Shown here: positions 36,201 to 47,000 of the stretch, piece after piece
How positions within the stretch are numbered: position 1 is the first letter of the stretch
Layout: each line of letters opens with the position of its first letter
Source of the DNA: Amoebophrya sp. A120
Taxonomy: Eukaryota > Protista > Dinoflagellata
Assembly: GCA_905178155.1 (NCBI GenBank)
Contig: CAJINV010000013.1
Location: forward strand, 114,344-178,343
Direction of reading: 5' to 3'
DNA: 64,000 nt
Notes under the pieces: generated by a model
The model's input: the letters and a program-made list of their open reading frames with translations, nothing else
What the model was told of the DNA's origin: nothing
The model's database searches: none
Translations under genes and position numbers: made by a program

Positions 36201-38367
36201 TTGTCGCTAGAAAGGCCCGAGTTGTACTGCCGAGGGCTACACCAGTCCAAACGCCAATGTGCAAGCCAAGAGTCTCGCGCAAGCAGAAAACTACATGTCT
36301 TGCAGCTGCACCACTAGCCCCGAGTGAGGTCCGGGCCTTCATTCTTGTGCTTAATGCAATGGGTCGGAAGGAAGCCTCGAACTCTTTAGCCAACTGGTCC
36401 TGCGTTGACCTGAACATCACTTCTAGGAGGACAGAAAGTTGTGTCTTTGTTGGTATCGTCCTGGGTAGCAGTGCGTGGAAACTTTGCGGACTGGGGAAAC
36501 GCACGGCTTTCTCGCTGGTAGTGCTGCTGTGATCGGTGGCGCAAGTTGGGCTGGGATTTTCTGTGAAGGGGACACTATGGTCCTCGTGTTTCAACAAAAG
36601 CTGTGGAGGGGGCTTGCCCTGCCTACAGAGAGTATCATCCTGCTCCGCATTCTTTCCGAGGTTTCCACGTCCCACACTGGAGTACTGCTGGGCTACTATT
36701 TTTTCTTGATACAGTGTCCGTAAACGTAATGCTGCTACTATGATGGATACACCGCGAGGGTTGTAAGCGGACGAGTCAGTAGAAGATGCAATACTTCTCC
36801 TGTGATTCCAACCAAGGAGCGAGAAAGCGCTTTGCTTCAACTTCCCCCACAGTGGCAACTGCCTCTGTTGCGATCCAGGTCCCGGAGACGCTGAGCTTCC
36901 TGCGTTTTGCGTGTGGTGCTTGCTCGCGAACCAGCTGTGGCCATATTCTTGCGTTGCGACCTGCGTGCGTGTTTCGTTTTGTCCGTTTCGGAAGTCTGAT
37001 GATAGCATTTTGACGATCAACCTCGCGAAGCCGCCGATGGCATTTTGACCAGCACATACATAGTAGCCCGAGGGGTCGTCATCTTTCGGTTGTGTGCTTG
37101 GTGAGGCCCCCGATGAGACCTCGGGGTCAAGATTCTTCCCCCGCAAAATGGAGACAAGAGGTTTCGACAGCAGGCATTTAATTTTCGTTCTTCTCGTTTC
37201 TTCGACAGGACCGCGATATTCAAAGCTCCACACATCCTCGTGCGCTTTGTCACCGTCATTGTCACGCACAACTTTCTTGCGGTCGTGGGCATGATTCAAC
37301 CTCGTGATGACACATGCGGAAGGAAAGCGATTGTGGGCAAAGCGCGCTTCTGCAATTTCCTCGTGATAATGACCTTCGCACCCCGCCAGATACGAAAATG
37401 GTTGTAGTAGCGTCTTGTCGTTCTGAGACGGTTCCAAAGGGTCCGTCATCAAGACACCGCTCGCACGCAGCTGTTCGATGTCGCCATTTTGAAAATCATT
37501 GCGCGCCGTCGCAATTAGACTTACCACGAGCATTCTCGGTGGCAGCAATGCGTCGCGACTGCTCTCGGGCAGGCTGAAGAGCTTGGCATCTTCTACTTGT
37601 CGACTGCGTCTCAACAAATACTCGTCTTGCTCACCGAACTTCGTCGTTGCGCTGGTGCCGTGTGCAGCGTTGCCCCTGCTTTCCCCGATGAATTTAAGCT
37701 TCTGCAACGACGCCGCGTGGCTCGTACTGGGTCCTTCGACGTCGTGTTCAAGCTTTCGCACGATGCATTCAACAACCGGCGCAAAACCGGACAAAAAACC
37801 TGGATATCCAAATGAAAAATCCCCCCTCCCCAGATCAAAACGAAACTTCTGATGCTGGACGGGCATCCACAAATCAGACTTGTCTCGTAGAAGAGGACTG
37901 CAGGCCAACTTCATGCCAATGCAGAGAGGTTTCGGCCTAGGCGCCGAGCATAAGGAGCGTATATGCTGTAGGCCCAGAAGCATTACAAACCGCCTGCATA
38001 AAAATGGGGCGGAGCCTATGGCGTTGCTTTCTTGCAAGACGGACGCGATTTGTGGCCACAAATCAGCATTCATCACAAATTCTCTGAGGTGTGCCTTTTC
38101 GATTTGGGGAGGGGGGATTTTTGCTTACGATACTGGACGTGGGATGTTTCGAACACAAGCGTGAGCTGCAGCGTCCCAATCAAACGCCGATGGGGAAAAT
38201 TGCAGCCGCCTGTCGCCAGAATCGCGTTGCTTCGGTTCCTGTAGTCTGCTCTCCAGGTGCGCTGCTTCACCAGTCACTTTACCCCAGCACCGCAGCTCCG
38301 CTCGGAACAGGAAAAGATAGAGAAGCCGCGCAAACAACATGTTGGCGATGTCTTCCCAGGCCAACAC
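2345..38367 (-). CDS. Giant multi-exon SecA DEAD-like domain gene (or decaying copy); overall span
   Basis: SecA motifs occur in order across exons 19.3 kb to 3.3 kb. Upstream same-strand ORFs join in frame across IR-bounded or GT-AG introns (19320-19736, 21804-21963, 26539-27209, 28407-28814, 37805-38132). Some junctions (~20.9-21.3 kb, ~23.6-24.06 kb) are unresolved, so a single gene is inference. Confidence 0.55.
3315..5181 (-). CDS. SecA-like gene exon: helicase motifs III-VI (NBD2)
   Basis: VFGLTGTLG, GRAVLVVCESI, IATNISGRGTDIKL, GGMHV and RVQEQNFGRTARTGLRGT are SecA signatures; one in-frame TAA at 3533-3535. Confidence 0.9.
5182..5556 (-). mobile_element. Inverted-repeat introner (non-canonical intron)
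   Basis: 17-bp TIR TATGGCCCGGACA(G/T)ATC and 5-nt direct repeat GATTT (5177-5181, 5557-5561). Removing 380 nt restores SecA GLHQILQ-IKHGL. Confidence 0.92.
5557..5760 (-). CDS. SecA-like gene exon: preprotein cross-linking-like region
   Basis: YQL...VDAENTG...YSGGLHQILQ matches the SecA VD..TG...S.GLHQ motif. Confidence 0.85.
6053..6502 (-). CDS. C-terminal zinc-finger segment of the retrotransposon ORF
   Basis: CIPC...H...H and CEKC...HEKSC; in frame with the RT ORF after removal of 439 nt. Confidence 0.75.
   Translation of the reverse strand, partial: GRRWPIKCIPCNLMFDSKSAAMERHAQAHREHGYIRVGRKKNNQGKPVGECRPEQHWWNESTGKYSYGSDAAHWRTTIPQRALHTDAAGCEYIRCRKCEKCKALLAHNNVAMRYHDRGESIKIGKMIDHEKSCKGKKMRDEVYSDNEQH
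6503..6932. mobile_element. TIR element (MITE or introner) inserted in the retrotransposon ORF
   Basis: IR core GCCTATCTCGGTGCTAATTTCCAAACGGT (6516-6544) versus 6886-6914; 9-bp direct repeat GCGCCGCCC (6494-6502, 6933-6941); internal A(T/A)TAGACA repeats. Confidence 0.85.
6933..16523 (-). CDS. Retrotransposon polyprotein: coiled-coil ORF1-like region, long linker, APE endonuclease, reverse transcriptase
   Basis: APE motifs LVNCYG, LLSE, ACYAPT, GADWNA, LDYFL, DHRAV; RT motifs YRFLVIS, QFGFR, DLKKAFPS, GTKEGCASSP, LFADD; RTE-type KWLGHTLR. Confidence 0.93.
12514..12710 (-). repeat. 108-bp tandem duplication (36-aa repeat) in the retrotransposon ORF
   Basis: HGGGSA.D.AKQAKLRQIGNICVSRRPKHG occurs twice. 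Confidence 0.9.
17257..17898 (-). CDS. SecA-like gene exon with Walker B/DEAD motif
   Basis: DVVYG...RPYDIAIIDESDSLMVD...LLS; preceded by an in-frame GT-AG intron 17899-18412. Confidence 0.88.
18413..19315 (-). CDS. SecA-like gene exon with Walker A motif
   Basis: LRATQ...LGQVPTGEGKT...GKKVDIITSSSELA is the SecA NBD1 signature. Confidence 0.92.
19320..19736 (-). other. Decayed IR intron
   Basis: TATCTCA...TGAGAAA; removing the element +5 nt (422 nt) joins the flanking ORFs in frame (RRCE-SQKLIK). Confidence 0.6.
19737..23625 (-). CDS. Upstream exons of unknown function (several introns; in-frame stops at 23056 and 23386)
   Basis: Long same-strand ORFs of 439, 154, 372, 105 and 79 aa; the GT-AG intron 21804-21963 joins in frame. 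Confidence 0.6.
24065..26535 (-). CDS. Large exon, unknown function
   Basis: 859-aa ORF; no domain recognised. Confidence 0.7.
26539..27209 (-). other. IR-bounded intron containing a (GA)n microsatellite (~26949-27007)
   Basis: TIR TATCCACCAC(A/T)TC, 12/13 match; an in-frame join needs element +4 nt, or +5 with an error in the adjacent homopolymer. Confidence 0.75.
27210..28401 (-). CDS. Exon, unknown function
   Basis: 404-aa ORF bounded by IR introns on both sides. Confidence 0.7.
28407..28814 (-). other. IR-bounded non-canonical intron
   Basis: TATCACATTGAAAG versus TATCACCTTAAAAG (12/14); removing element +5 nt gives in-frame GCLEI-DIEFIIVTAT. Confidence 0.8.
28815..31410 (-). CDS. Exon region including a PAN/Apple-like domain
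   Basis: SFESCAAECF...RCWRFAY...PCELH fits PAN cysteine spacing (~29980-30100); frame change at ~29571-29587 and in-frame TAG at 30284. Confidence 0.6.
32424..35935. other. Variant contig (assembly bubble) duplicating 30628-32422 plus 36033-37790
   Basis: Bounded by single n at 32423 and 35936; 32327-32422 and 35937-36032 are the same sequence, i.e. overlapping contig ends. Confidence 0.85.
36085..37804 (-). CDS. Large exon, unknown function (variant copy at ~34229-35935)
   Basis: Long ORF conserved between the two copies with in-frame indels; ends at a GTAAGT donor. Confidence 0.7.
37805..38132 (-). mobile_element. Inverted-repeat introner
   Basis: ~35-bp imperfect TIR TATC..AA..AAAAATCCCCCCTCCCCA.ATC.AAA; 5-nt direct repeat CTGGA (37800-37804, 38133-38137); removing 333 nt gives NIPRP-GFLSGF in frame. 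Confidence 0.9.
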
Positions 38368-40983
38368 CTAGTTTCTGTACGCGTCTTCCTGGTCCAAATA
38401 AAATGTTTGATACAACTTGCTGAATTCGTATTGCAGATGTGTTTGATTTTGGTGATACTGGATACGAAAAAAGTATTTCGCTGCTGCACTTCTGATGAAT
38501 GAGTGCCGCAGCGCGATAATCGGTTAATTTTACCCTGTTCTTGGCAGGTTTATTCTTGATATTTCAGTGTTCTTTCTACTGCTTCGACCGGATTTATTTA
38601 GTGGCGCGGATTGTTCATGATCTTGCAAGAATCAAAGAAGTTATCACTTTGAAAAGATAGAGATGAGGACCACGAGGATACAAAAAAGCGCGACTTTCGA
38701 CAGACGCGCGCGAGAAACAATACGACTTCAATCTTCCACGTTAGAACTGAGGCACTTCGATGCAATTCTTTTTATGCGACGAGTCCATATTAAAATTACT
38801 CTAGATTTTCCAGAAAAAATGAAAACAACTGCGAAGGTTCAAGACGCGAGCTGTTCACGGCCGAGAGCCTCTAACATGTGGTCCACATAGCTATTAGACG
38901 GAAAAGCTTATCATTGTCATCGCGGTGTAGTTTCAAGCGCGGAGTGTTTCGTAGTAGCTGAACAAAGAATTAGATAGAATAAGACATGGCAAAATGCTAA
39001 GCTATTCTTTTTCCACCCTGTTCGCGTACTTACACACTTGCTTGTTGAATGCAAGTGCCCACCCGTATAACTCGAGCAAACCTTGCTCGGAGTCATCGGA
39101 AAGGAAAATTGTGACTGAGCTTTTTTTGTTTCTCATGCTTCAGTTGTTTCAGAGAAATAAGGACTGCTATATTCCTCGTGATCGCGTTTTTGGATCTCCT
39201 TGCGCGGTAACACCGGACGAGCATCCGGAGAGTGCCTATTCCCCAGACTTACAAGTTGCAGAACTGCTCTTATACTCAGGTCTGGACATTCTCGCGGTGA
39301 AATTATTTAATGTGCGATACGGACTTTCGGCATCGCTTCTGTTCTTGAAAACCATCGAAAACGGATGGGCGACTGCGCCGATCTCACAGGAAGAGGCAAA
39401 GACCACACCTGGCACGACCTCCGCTGAGTCTTTATGTCAATACCGATGTTTTTGGTCCCTCCACTGAATGTACCCCTTAGGCGATGAGGTTGAGCTAACC
39501 GTCGTAGTAGATCGTAAACACAAGGAGCCCTGGGGACCGAATCAATCCGAAGAGCCAAAGCTTCACAATCATGATCATCAATAGAAACAGAAAGCGAAAG
39601 GTCTAGCAGACAATATATAAAGCTCTCGATAATCATCGCGGATCCGGTCAACGCCTTCTGTACTAGCGGTTCGTTTGAGGTCTTCTTCGGGGTTCTGTCG
39701 AAAGCGATTCATCGTGTACATCACCGGAGACCGAGACCGTTCTTACAGTTCATGAAAAATGAACAAGCGCGCCCAATATCAAAGTGCTCATTCCGCACAT
39801 GCCAACGAAACAAGATGATCCACAAAAATGATGTGCGCCTGAGCCTAGACAGAGCTATTCAAAAAATTTTGATTGCCTCGCAACCAAATTCTTAGTTGAG
39901 AATCCCTGCTGCTGCTACGACTTACGACCAAAATGCGTATAAAATGAAATCTAGAGCTATTGAGTACTTAAGCCTATCTAGCTCCGAGAATAAAAATAAA
40001 TGATTATCCACCTTTGCATTTACGATCAATCTGACCAACACCAGGTTTCGTGTGACTCCAGTCCTCGAAAAATGTAAAAGCGAGCAGCGCGTCGGCAATC
40101 GAAATTTATGCTTAATTTCGCGGCGACCCTCACGGTAACATGAAAAACCGGACAAAATACTTTTAAAAAAATCAACATAAAGCGGGGAAGGTGATAAATC
40201 TTTCAAACCGTCTTCGGAGTACTCTGAAAATGATTCCATAAAATTAAATGAGCTTTGAGCTTTTTGTCTTTTCATATACCCAAAAATTATGTCACAACAA
40301 ACAACAGCTGCTACATGGCAGTTGCAATTGAAGAGCAAGCATTCAAGCACAACTGGTAAGCGTGTATGGATGCGTGTGCGTAATGTAAAAGTCAGATTAT
40401 CCATGCTGATCATGATGTCCCCAACTCTGAAGCGAAGAAAACAGAAGATATGCTCCGAAGAAACAGAAAAAGAAGATGTGCTCCGTCGGATATTCAAGGG
40501 CGCGTGGAAATCTGGTGAGAAAATCGAAACATAATTAAATACCTGTGTACGCAAGCCGGTAAGGTAACTATATATAAGGCGAATCGTCCACAGTTCGTTC
40601 ATTTCCCCTGAAGCCTCACGCCTGCTTCTTTGTATATTTTTTTCCTCGGATGCTCCGGCTGACTACACTACAAGAAGCTATTCAAGAAAAAAAGATGATA
40701 AAATTTTCCAGGAGATATTTTCAAAGAGAAACTCGAGTTGTGATGTCCGTGAACTATGAACAAGGTGCGCCGTTTTAGTACTAGGAAAAGAAATCATACA
40801 ACCGGCCTCCTTCCAGCAAGCAAATGACATGGATGTGTTTGTGGAGAACATACTGGACGAGGCGAAACCAAAATGCTTCAGTATCTCTCTCACCGACGTG
40901 AATCTCGTATTTGTAAGTACATACTAATTCGCGGCTGTGCGTACACATGCAACGATACCTAACATCCTCCTACGCCCGGCGTG

Positions 40984-42690
40984 CTACAGACCGGCATAAG
41001 GACCTCCGCCAGGCGTGCTCCCATAATCATCAGGACTGGGAGGGGGAGAACTCCAGGGTGAAGGACTTCGTGCTCGCGGAGGAGATGGCGGTCGCGGCGG
41101 CGGCAAAGCTGGCACTGCAGGAGATGTTACTTGCGCAGCGAGGAAGGCGGGGCGATGCCGACTATCACCCTGGTTCCACGCTGATTCCGAGCCTAGGGAT
41201 AGCGTAGGCGATGCAGGAGCAGGCGACGCAGGAGCAGGCGACGCAGGGGCAGGCGACGCAGGAGCAGGCGACGCAGGAGCAGGTGCTGCAGGAGCAGGCG
41301 CTGCAGGAGCAGGCGCTGCCGAAGCAGGCGCTGCCGGAGCAGGCGCTACAGGAGCAGGCGATGCAGGAGCAGGCACTGCAGAAGCAGGCGCTGCCGGAGC
41401 AGGCGCTGCCGGAGCAGGCGCTACAGGAGCAGGCGATGCAGGAGCAGGCACTGCAGAAGCAGGCGCTGCAGGAGCAGGCGCTGTCGGAGCAGGCGCTGCC
41501 GGAGCAGGCGCTGCCGGAGCAGGCGCTACAGGAGCAGGCACTACAGGAGCAGGCGCTGTCGGAGCAGGCGCTGTCGGAGCAGGTGCCGCTGGCGTACCTT
41601 TTGCAGCGGGAGCCCCGGGGGCACAGGCAGGCGTCTGTCCTGTTTGTAGCGTAACAATCACTGCAACTTCAGGCGACGTCGCGGGAGTTGGTGTGGGAGG
41701 ACAATTTTGACGACCGCTAGGAGTGAAATTGGATGGCGCAGTTGGTAGTGCCGAGCTGTTCGTCACACCCATATTGGAAATGCTCGCAACCGAGGTTGCC
41801 TCTTGTCCGGCGGGCACAGGTGCCACAACTGCAGGACCGGCAGGAAAAGTTCCATTGTGAACCGGTCCGAGGTCTCTCCCGTGGCCCCAATGTGCTGGCG
41901 CATCCTCGGCGCCATGTGAAGGCTCTTGTGGACCCTGCACAGAAGACGTAGACGTTGGCTGCGGCGCTGATGATTGCAGGGATTGAGCGTTTGATTGCAG
42001 GCGTGTTGCCGACGGTGCTGCAGTAGAGCCAGATGACTGCTGACGGTTTGCTCCAACTCGGACAACAGCTTCTTGACGTGAGAGCCTACTGCGAGACCGC
42101 GACCGCGAAGCGCGACGAGTAGCCCCTGAGGAAATAAGAGTTGTTGAGCCACTAGCGGATGTCGACGAGATTACTGTCGTGGTATTTGGAACCACAGAAG
42201 GGTTTTCCGCTACTGGGTGACATGGGGCTGCGACGTCTGCCGGAGCCCGTATTGCAATTGAAGATACACAAGATACCGATCCCGAAGAGCAATTTTGATA
42301 AGCAGTACGGACTTGCTCGACACGATCGGGTCCCGATTCATGCTCAGCTTGCAGGTCACCGCTCAGTATTGAATCCGGAAGCGGAACCCTTCTTGGGCGC
42401 ATCTTGGGCTGCTGTGTACGGATGATGCGACGCAGCCGCAGCGGAGGAATCGCACCCCCAGGCGCTTGCAGCCGCGGCACTTGCTCAACGTTGCTTTCGC
42501 TAATGTAGTAGTTCGAGGCGCTGGACGAAGATGACAGAGCAATCACTTGCGATATGGTCGCGAGCTGATGGTAGAGGAATAGTAATCCTGTACAGATGGA
42601 GTAGCGCCGTTTCTGCGGCCAGCGCCAGCACGCAGCCAATCCCGGGCTGAGCTGATGAAGTGGCACGCTGGGGCGGAAAGATGCTGCCAT
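40984..42690 (-). CDS. Pro/Ala/Ser/Thr-rich, possibly secreted or surface protein
   Basis: 568-aa ORF with an N-terminal hydrophobic stretch and PAPAA/PASPA pentapeptide repeats. Confidence 0.65.
   Translation of the reverse strand: MAASFRPSVPLHQLSPGLAACWRWPQKRRYSICTGLLFLYHQLATISQVIALSSSSSASNYYISESNVEQVPRLQAPGGAIPPLRLRRIIRTQQPKMRPRRVPLPDSILSGDLQAEHESGPDRVEQVRTAYQNCSSGSVSCVSSIAIRAPADVAAPCHPVAENPSVVPNTTTVISSTSASGSTTLISSGATRRASRSRSRSRLSRQEAVVRVGANRQQSSGSTAAPSATRLQSNAQSLQSSAPQPTSTSSVQGPQEPSHGAEDAPAHWGHGRDLGPVHNGTFPAGPAVVAPVPAGQEATSVASISNMGVTNSSALPTAPSNFTPSGRQNCPPTPTPATSPEVAVIVTLQTGQTPACAPGAPAAKGTPAAPAPTAPAPTAPAPVVPAPVAPAPAAPAPAAPAPTAPAPAAPASAVPAPASPAPVAPAPAAPAPAAPASAVPAPASPAPVAPAPAAPASAAPAPAAPAPAAPAPASPAPASPAPASPAPASPAPASPTLSLGSESAWNQGDSRHRPAFLAAQVTSPAVPALPPPRPPSPPRARSPSPWSSPPPSPDDYGSTPGGGPYAGL
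41207..41585 (-). repeat. 15-bp coding minisatellite
   Basis: About 25 copies of GGAGCAGGCGCTGCN variants. Confidence 0.95.
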
Positions 42691-44051
42691 TTTTGCATGT
42701 GCGTTCTATTCAGGAGCCAGAAGATACACCGCCTTTTGAGGCAATACCGTTCAAATCAATGTTGACAAGAGCTGCAGCCGTGGCACTAGGCAACAATGGA
42801 TTACAAATACGAGTAAGTACTATCTTAAAGCCGACGACCCACAAAAAAGTAGCTGGTGAAAAGATTTTCCATTTTCTTTCCTTAGGAGTCAAAAATGAAA
42901 CAAGGGAACGAGTGTGGATCAATCATGTCTGATTATGCTCGAAAGGCTTAGCATGAATGCAAATTTCATCTCCATGGAGCCCTTTTCCGGGACAGTTCAT
43001 GATCATTCTCCATGGCGCCCTTTTCTCACTCCTGCCAGAACGCGTGAAAGTAGATCTCGTGGTAGTCAAACAAGATCACTCAACCACGACTAAAAGTGAT
43101 ATATAAATGCCCTAAATGTCATGATGTTTTCTAGGTTTTCCCGAAGCCTCAATAGGTCACGTTTTCATAATTTATCAGCTTATTGTCATGCGTAAACGAC
43201 TGCACCGCATCAAGAGCCTTTGCGTCTTCGCCTCAAGCAACTTCGGACACAGGAGCCTGCCTTAGTTTCAGAACCACAAGAGACACCCAGGGCGCTCTTT
43301 ATCTTTTTTGTCATCCGGTCTTCTTCATGAAAGAAAATGAATCTGCGACAGAAATCCAAAGTAGAAATGGATGGACTGATGACACTTTCGAAAAAGATCC
43401 AGAACAACAGATCGAGCAGGCACACGCCTTTCCCCTGACGGTCGATCCACTGCGAAGTCGGGGAGGAATCTCCGGGCCCTGCGGTCCGGAAGTGGGGGGC
43501 AGGCGACACATTCTAGTTTACTAGCCGCCGCAATATTGGCCACGGAATCAAGGTGGGAAATCGAGCAAAGACGAAGCCATTTCGACAGTTCGTTTCATTT
43601 CAGTTTTCTCCTTCGCATCAGAATTATCCACGTGCACAACTTGCGTTCAAATCAATTTTTCTGTAGCTTCGTCTTGTTCTCTATCCTGTTAAAGGAAAAC
43701 CATCATACAAGAATTGCGATGTCATGGAAACTGCCATCGGCTCAACAGAGTCTATCATTCACCAAGTCCATGCTTTTTTGCCGTTGAACGCTTATCTTAC
43801 TCATATTTCGATTGAAGTGCCAGTGCCTCACTACCCTTTACCAACGCAAAGTCAAAGATTGCAGGAAGCCGGTTGCTGCGTAGTTGTCAGCAATGAGAAC
43901 GTTCGTCCAACCAGCTCTGGTCTGCTCATTCGAGGTCAAATCGCACATCAACGGCCACGATTTTAGAATTATTCGAGAAACCGCTTCTGCAAGTTGTATT
44001 TTTCTCCCAGACTTAGATCTCGCAGTGGCAGTGGACGTGCGAAATGTGCTC

Positions 44052-47000
44052 TTAGGCGCGCGAAGAAAGACGCGCCTCTGCCGTACTTAGCAACGTCGCT
44101 TTCTCGGGCGTTTTGAATGATTCAGGAAGTCGCAATCGCAGAAACCGTTCCGGGGGACTGTACTTCTTGCTCGTCTGCCAGGTCACTTCCGGCGCGGCGC
44201 TCTTCCGGCTTCGCTCGTACATGCACCATGCGCCAGCATCGCATGGTGGGCATCTTCTGCGTGCGAGCTCCGGACAGTTCATTAAAGCGAAACCCACTAA
44301 ATTTCCTATTTCCAGCGGCTCGCCACACAGGTTCAAGAACGCATCTTGGACATTAAGCGAGGCCCGAACGGCTTTCGGAAAGAGGTAGTACAAGTCTACA
44401 CCAGCATCGGTTTCGCGCAGCGCTGCAAGTGCGTACTGCTCTGCGTCCTCTTGATCGGAGTAGAAAGGCGAATTCTCATCCTCCAGGTTCATGTTGAAAA
44501 ACAAATCGGCGCAAAACATCGGGTTTTCGGATTTGATTCCCGCTAAAATGACGTCCCGGTCCAGGTTGCGCCTACGCCGAGTGACGGTTTCCACGTAGAA
44601 CTCTCGCTGGACAAAAGGATCGCTTCGCATCACCTGTGGGATTTCATCCAGACCCTTTGGCACTTTGCCGAGGTAAACCAAACCAACAGAGTAGCGCAGT
44701 TCCGGCAAGGTCAGGTGCACAATCGAGGGAACATCAGCAACTTGAGGATGAATGTGCTCGTGGTTCGCTACAGCAAGGCGGAGCGCGGCTTCGAGCAGTT
44801 CCGAGTCGTTGCACGGATTGTCAATTGTATAAGGCCAGTATGGTTTAAGGTGGCGCTTGTCTGCGTAGGGTGCCGTGGTCGGCTCATCCAACTGCGCCGA
44901 GTGCGACAAAAACATATCCTTGACCAGGTGGCTATGGACAAGAAGGAGACCCACGTTCCCCATGGTTTTCTGTAATTTGTCTCGCGCATAATGCGCTGAG
45001 TGCTGTCCTCTCTGTCATACAAAATTATATTAAATGTCAATACATAGGTAGAACAAGATATCTGGCACGCGCTCTGTGGGAGATTTCACATTCATTCGGC
45101 AGAGCTTGGAAGTTTGACGAAAAGCGGGCTGCTGCATATGCTACACCCATCAAAAATGCGATCAGAATATCATGTCGAGATCGCAAAGAATCGATACACA
45201 ACAAGGATGCGCACAGACCACGAAAATATCTATTTTCACAAATGTCGGGAAAGTTAAGCCTTCGCTTCTTTTCATACTCAGGGTCACTTTGCAGCGTTTC
45301 CGGTGCGTAGTGCAACAAACCGCCCGACTTCATCGCTATCTTCACGAAGTGTCTGTCGCTTCGGAAGGCCGGTGGGAGGAACTCGAGGATTTTTCCGTCC
45401 AGCTGCAGTACTTTCTCTGCAATGCCAGGGTAGTCTGCCATCTCCGAAGAAAGAAATTTCAAGAGCGACGGGCACACGAGTAGTGCCCGCAAAGACAGAT
45501 CCGGCCTTGCCTGTCCCTGCAGCAAGATGTCCTGCACACCTTCTTTGTCAGCATTCCAAAATACTTCGGCACATGTGTCCTCCATGAGTTGGACTACGAA
45601 TTCAGGATCTTGGCGAAGGTTGGTTCCGGCAAAAAGGAGGGCGTCATGATTTTGTGCAACTGCGGCTCTTACAATTTCCTTGTTTTGGCGAAGCCGCGGG
45701 CTCGCATGTTCGAGGGCTAGTCCATCAAGTTGTACGCAACGACGCACTACTTCTTCTGAGTCACGAACTCGATGCTGCGAAGGCGATTCGTACTGCAAGA
45801 CCAAGGCTGAAAGCTCTTCTGGAACACTGCCGTATTCCTCTTCCTGAACGTCATCAAAGCGTGCTGCTAGACTAGGAAGCGTGAAGGGGTCCCACTCACC
45901 GAAGTTGAGTGGTTCTATGCTGTTGGGGTAGTAGTGGTCCTGTCGGTAGCATACTGCATTACATACGTGCTCACCGTCACCGCAGAAGTCACTTATTTGA
46001 ATGTAACGCTGCATCAAGCATGCTTGCCTTCGTATGGTTTCATCGCGCTCGTGATAGCAAATCCGCTTGCCCTTGGCCTTGTTTTTCAGCAGCGCCAGTG
46101 AGCAGGACGAGCACTTATTTTTGATGCGCGGGACGACATCGTCAACTGCATTTGTGGTCTTGAGTGGTTCCGAGCTGCGGCTCTGAGGTTGAGTTCCGGC
46201 TAGCATAGATGTACTTCTCGGCAATTGGATGTGCCAGTCCGTACGCAGCATCGGACTGTGGCCGTCCAAAAGGTCCTGCAGGAGGGCTTGATCGCATCGG
46301 AAGTCGTCATTGGTCACAAATCGAAGTGCGTATGGGTTTTCGCGGACGGCGTCGGCGACTATGGGTTTGTCGACAAGCTCAGGAACACAGTACTTGAGTG
46401 CAAGACCGTTTGACCGGACTGCGGTCCGTAAGAGCTCCTTGGTCTGATATTCAGTGTATGCAGTTGCCGCCTTGCGTCATTTTCTCTCGTGCAGGAGTCC
46501 ACTTGCGTGCCCAAAGCCAAAGCCGGTCGCAACGTCACTTCATATCCGTGCTTTTTTGCATTTTTCTGGAAAATACGCGTATACATACTGCAATAAATAA
46601 AAACTTTCTGCTTCGGCAAGCATAAATTCCTAGCTTTGATGTCTGGCACACGCATGCTGGGCTCCAGCTGCGAGATGCATGGCTATGGCTTTTTCATAAT
46701 GAGTTGAAAAACTTAAGAGCTGGAACTCCGTCTTTCTGGGCCGCGGCCATGGCAAGCTCGGTGGAGTTTCGATGTTGTTCGGGGACGTAACGCAGGACCC
46801 AAGGTTTGTGCGAGATGGCCGTTCGAATGACATCATGATGCTCCTGCAGCTCGCTGCGGAGATATTTGTACGCCCAACCATTTTGATTGATCGCCGATAG
46901 AGCAATATCCAAGTACTGGAGTGAGGAACGGATCGGCACGCTTGCAAACCGAAGGGACCGCCAGTCCTTTCTGACAGCAACTTCAACTACCTCTGCATCG

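Noticed and set aside
30628-37790. Apparent recent tandem gene duplications
   Set aside because: Breakpoints coincide with single n characters and the outer contigs overlap exactly; best read as an assembly bubble.
38600-40930. AT-richer region with short ORFs
   Set aside because: No recognisable motif or consistent frame; it may be a decayed element but cannot be supported.
41211-41654. Plus-strand QEQAL-repeat ORF
   Set aside because: Antisense shadow of the Pro/Ala minisatellite.
44934-44963. MGNV... start codons (also 50627) as separate genes
   Set aside because: They lie in the 3' arm of the shared intron; these ORFs are last exons.
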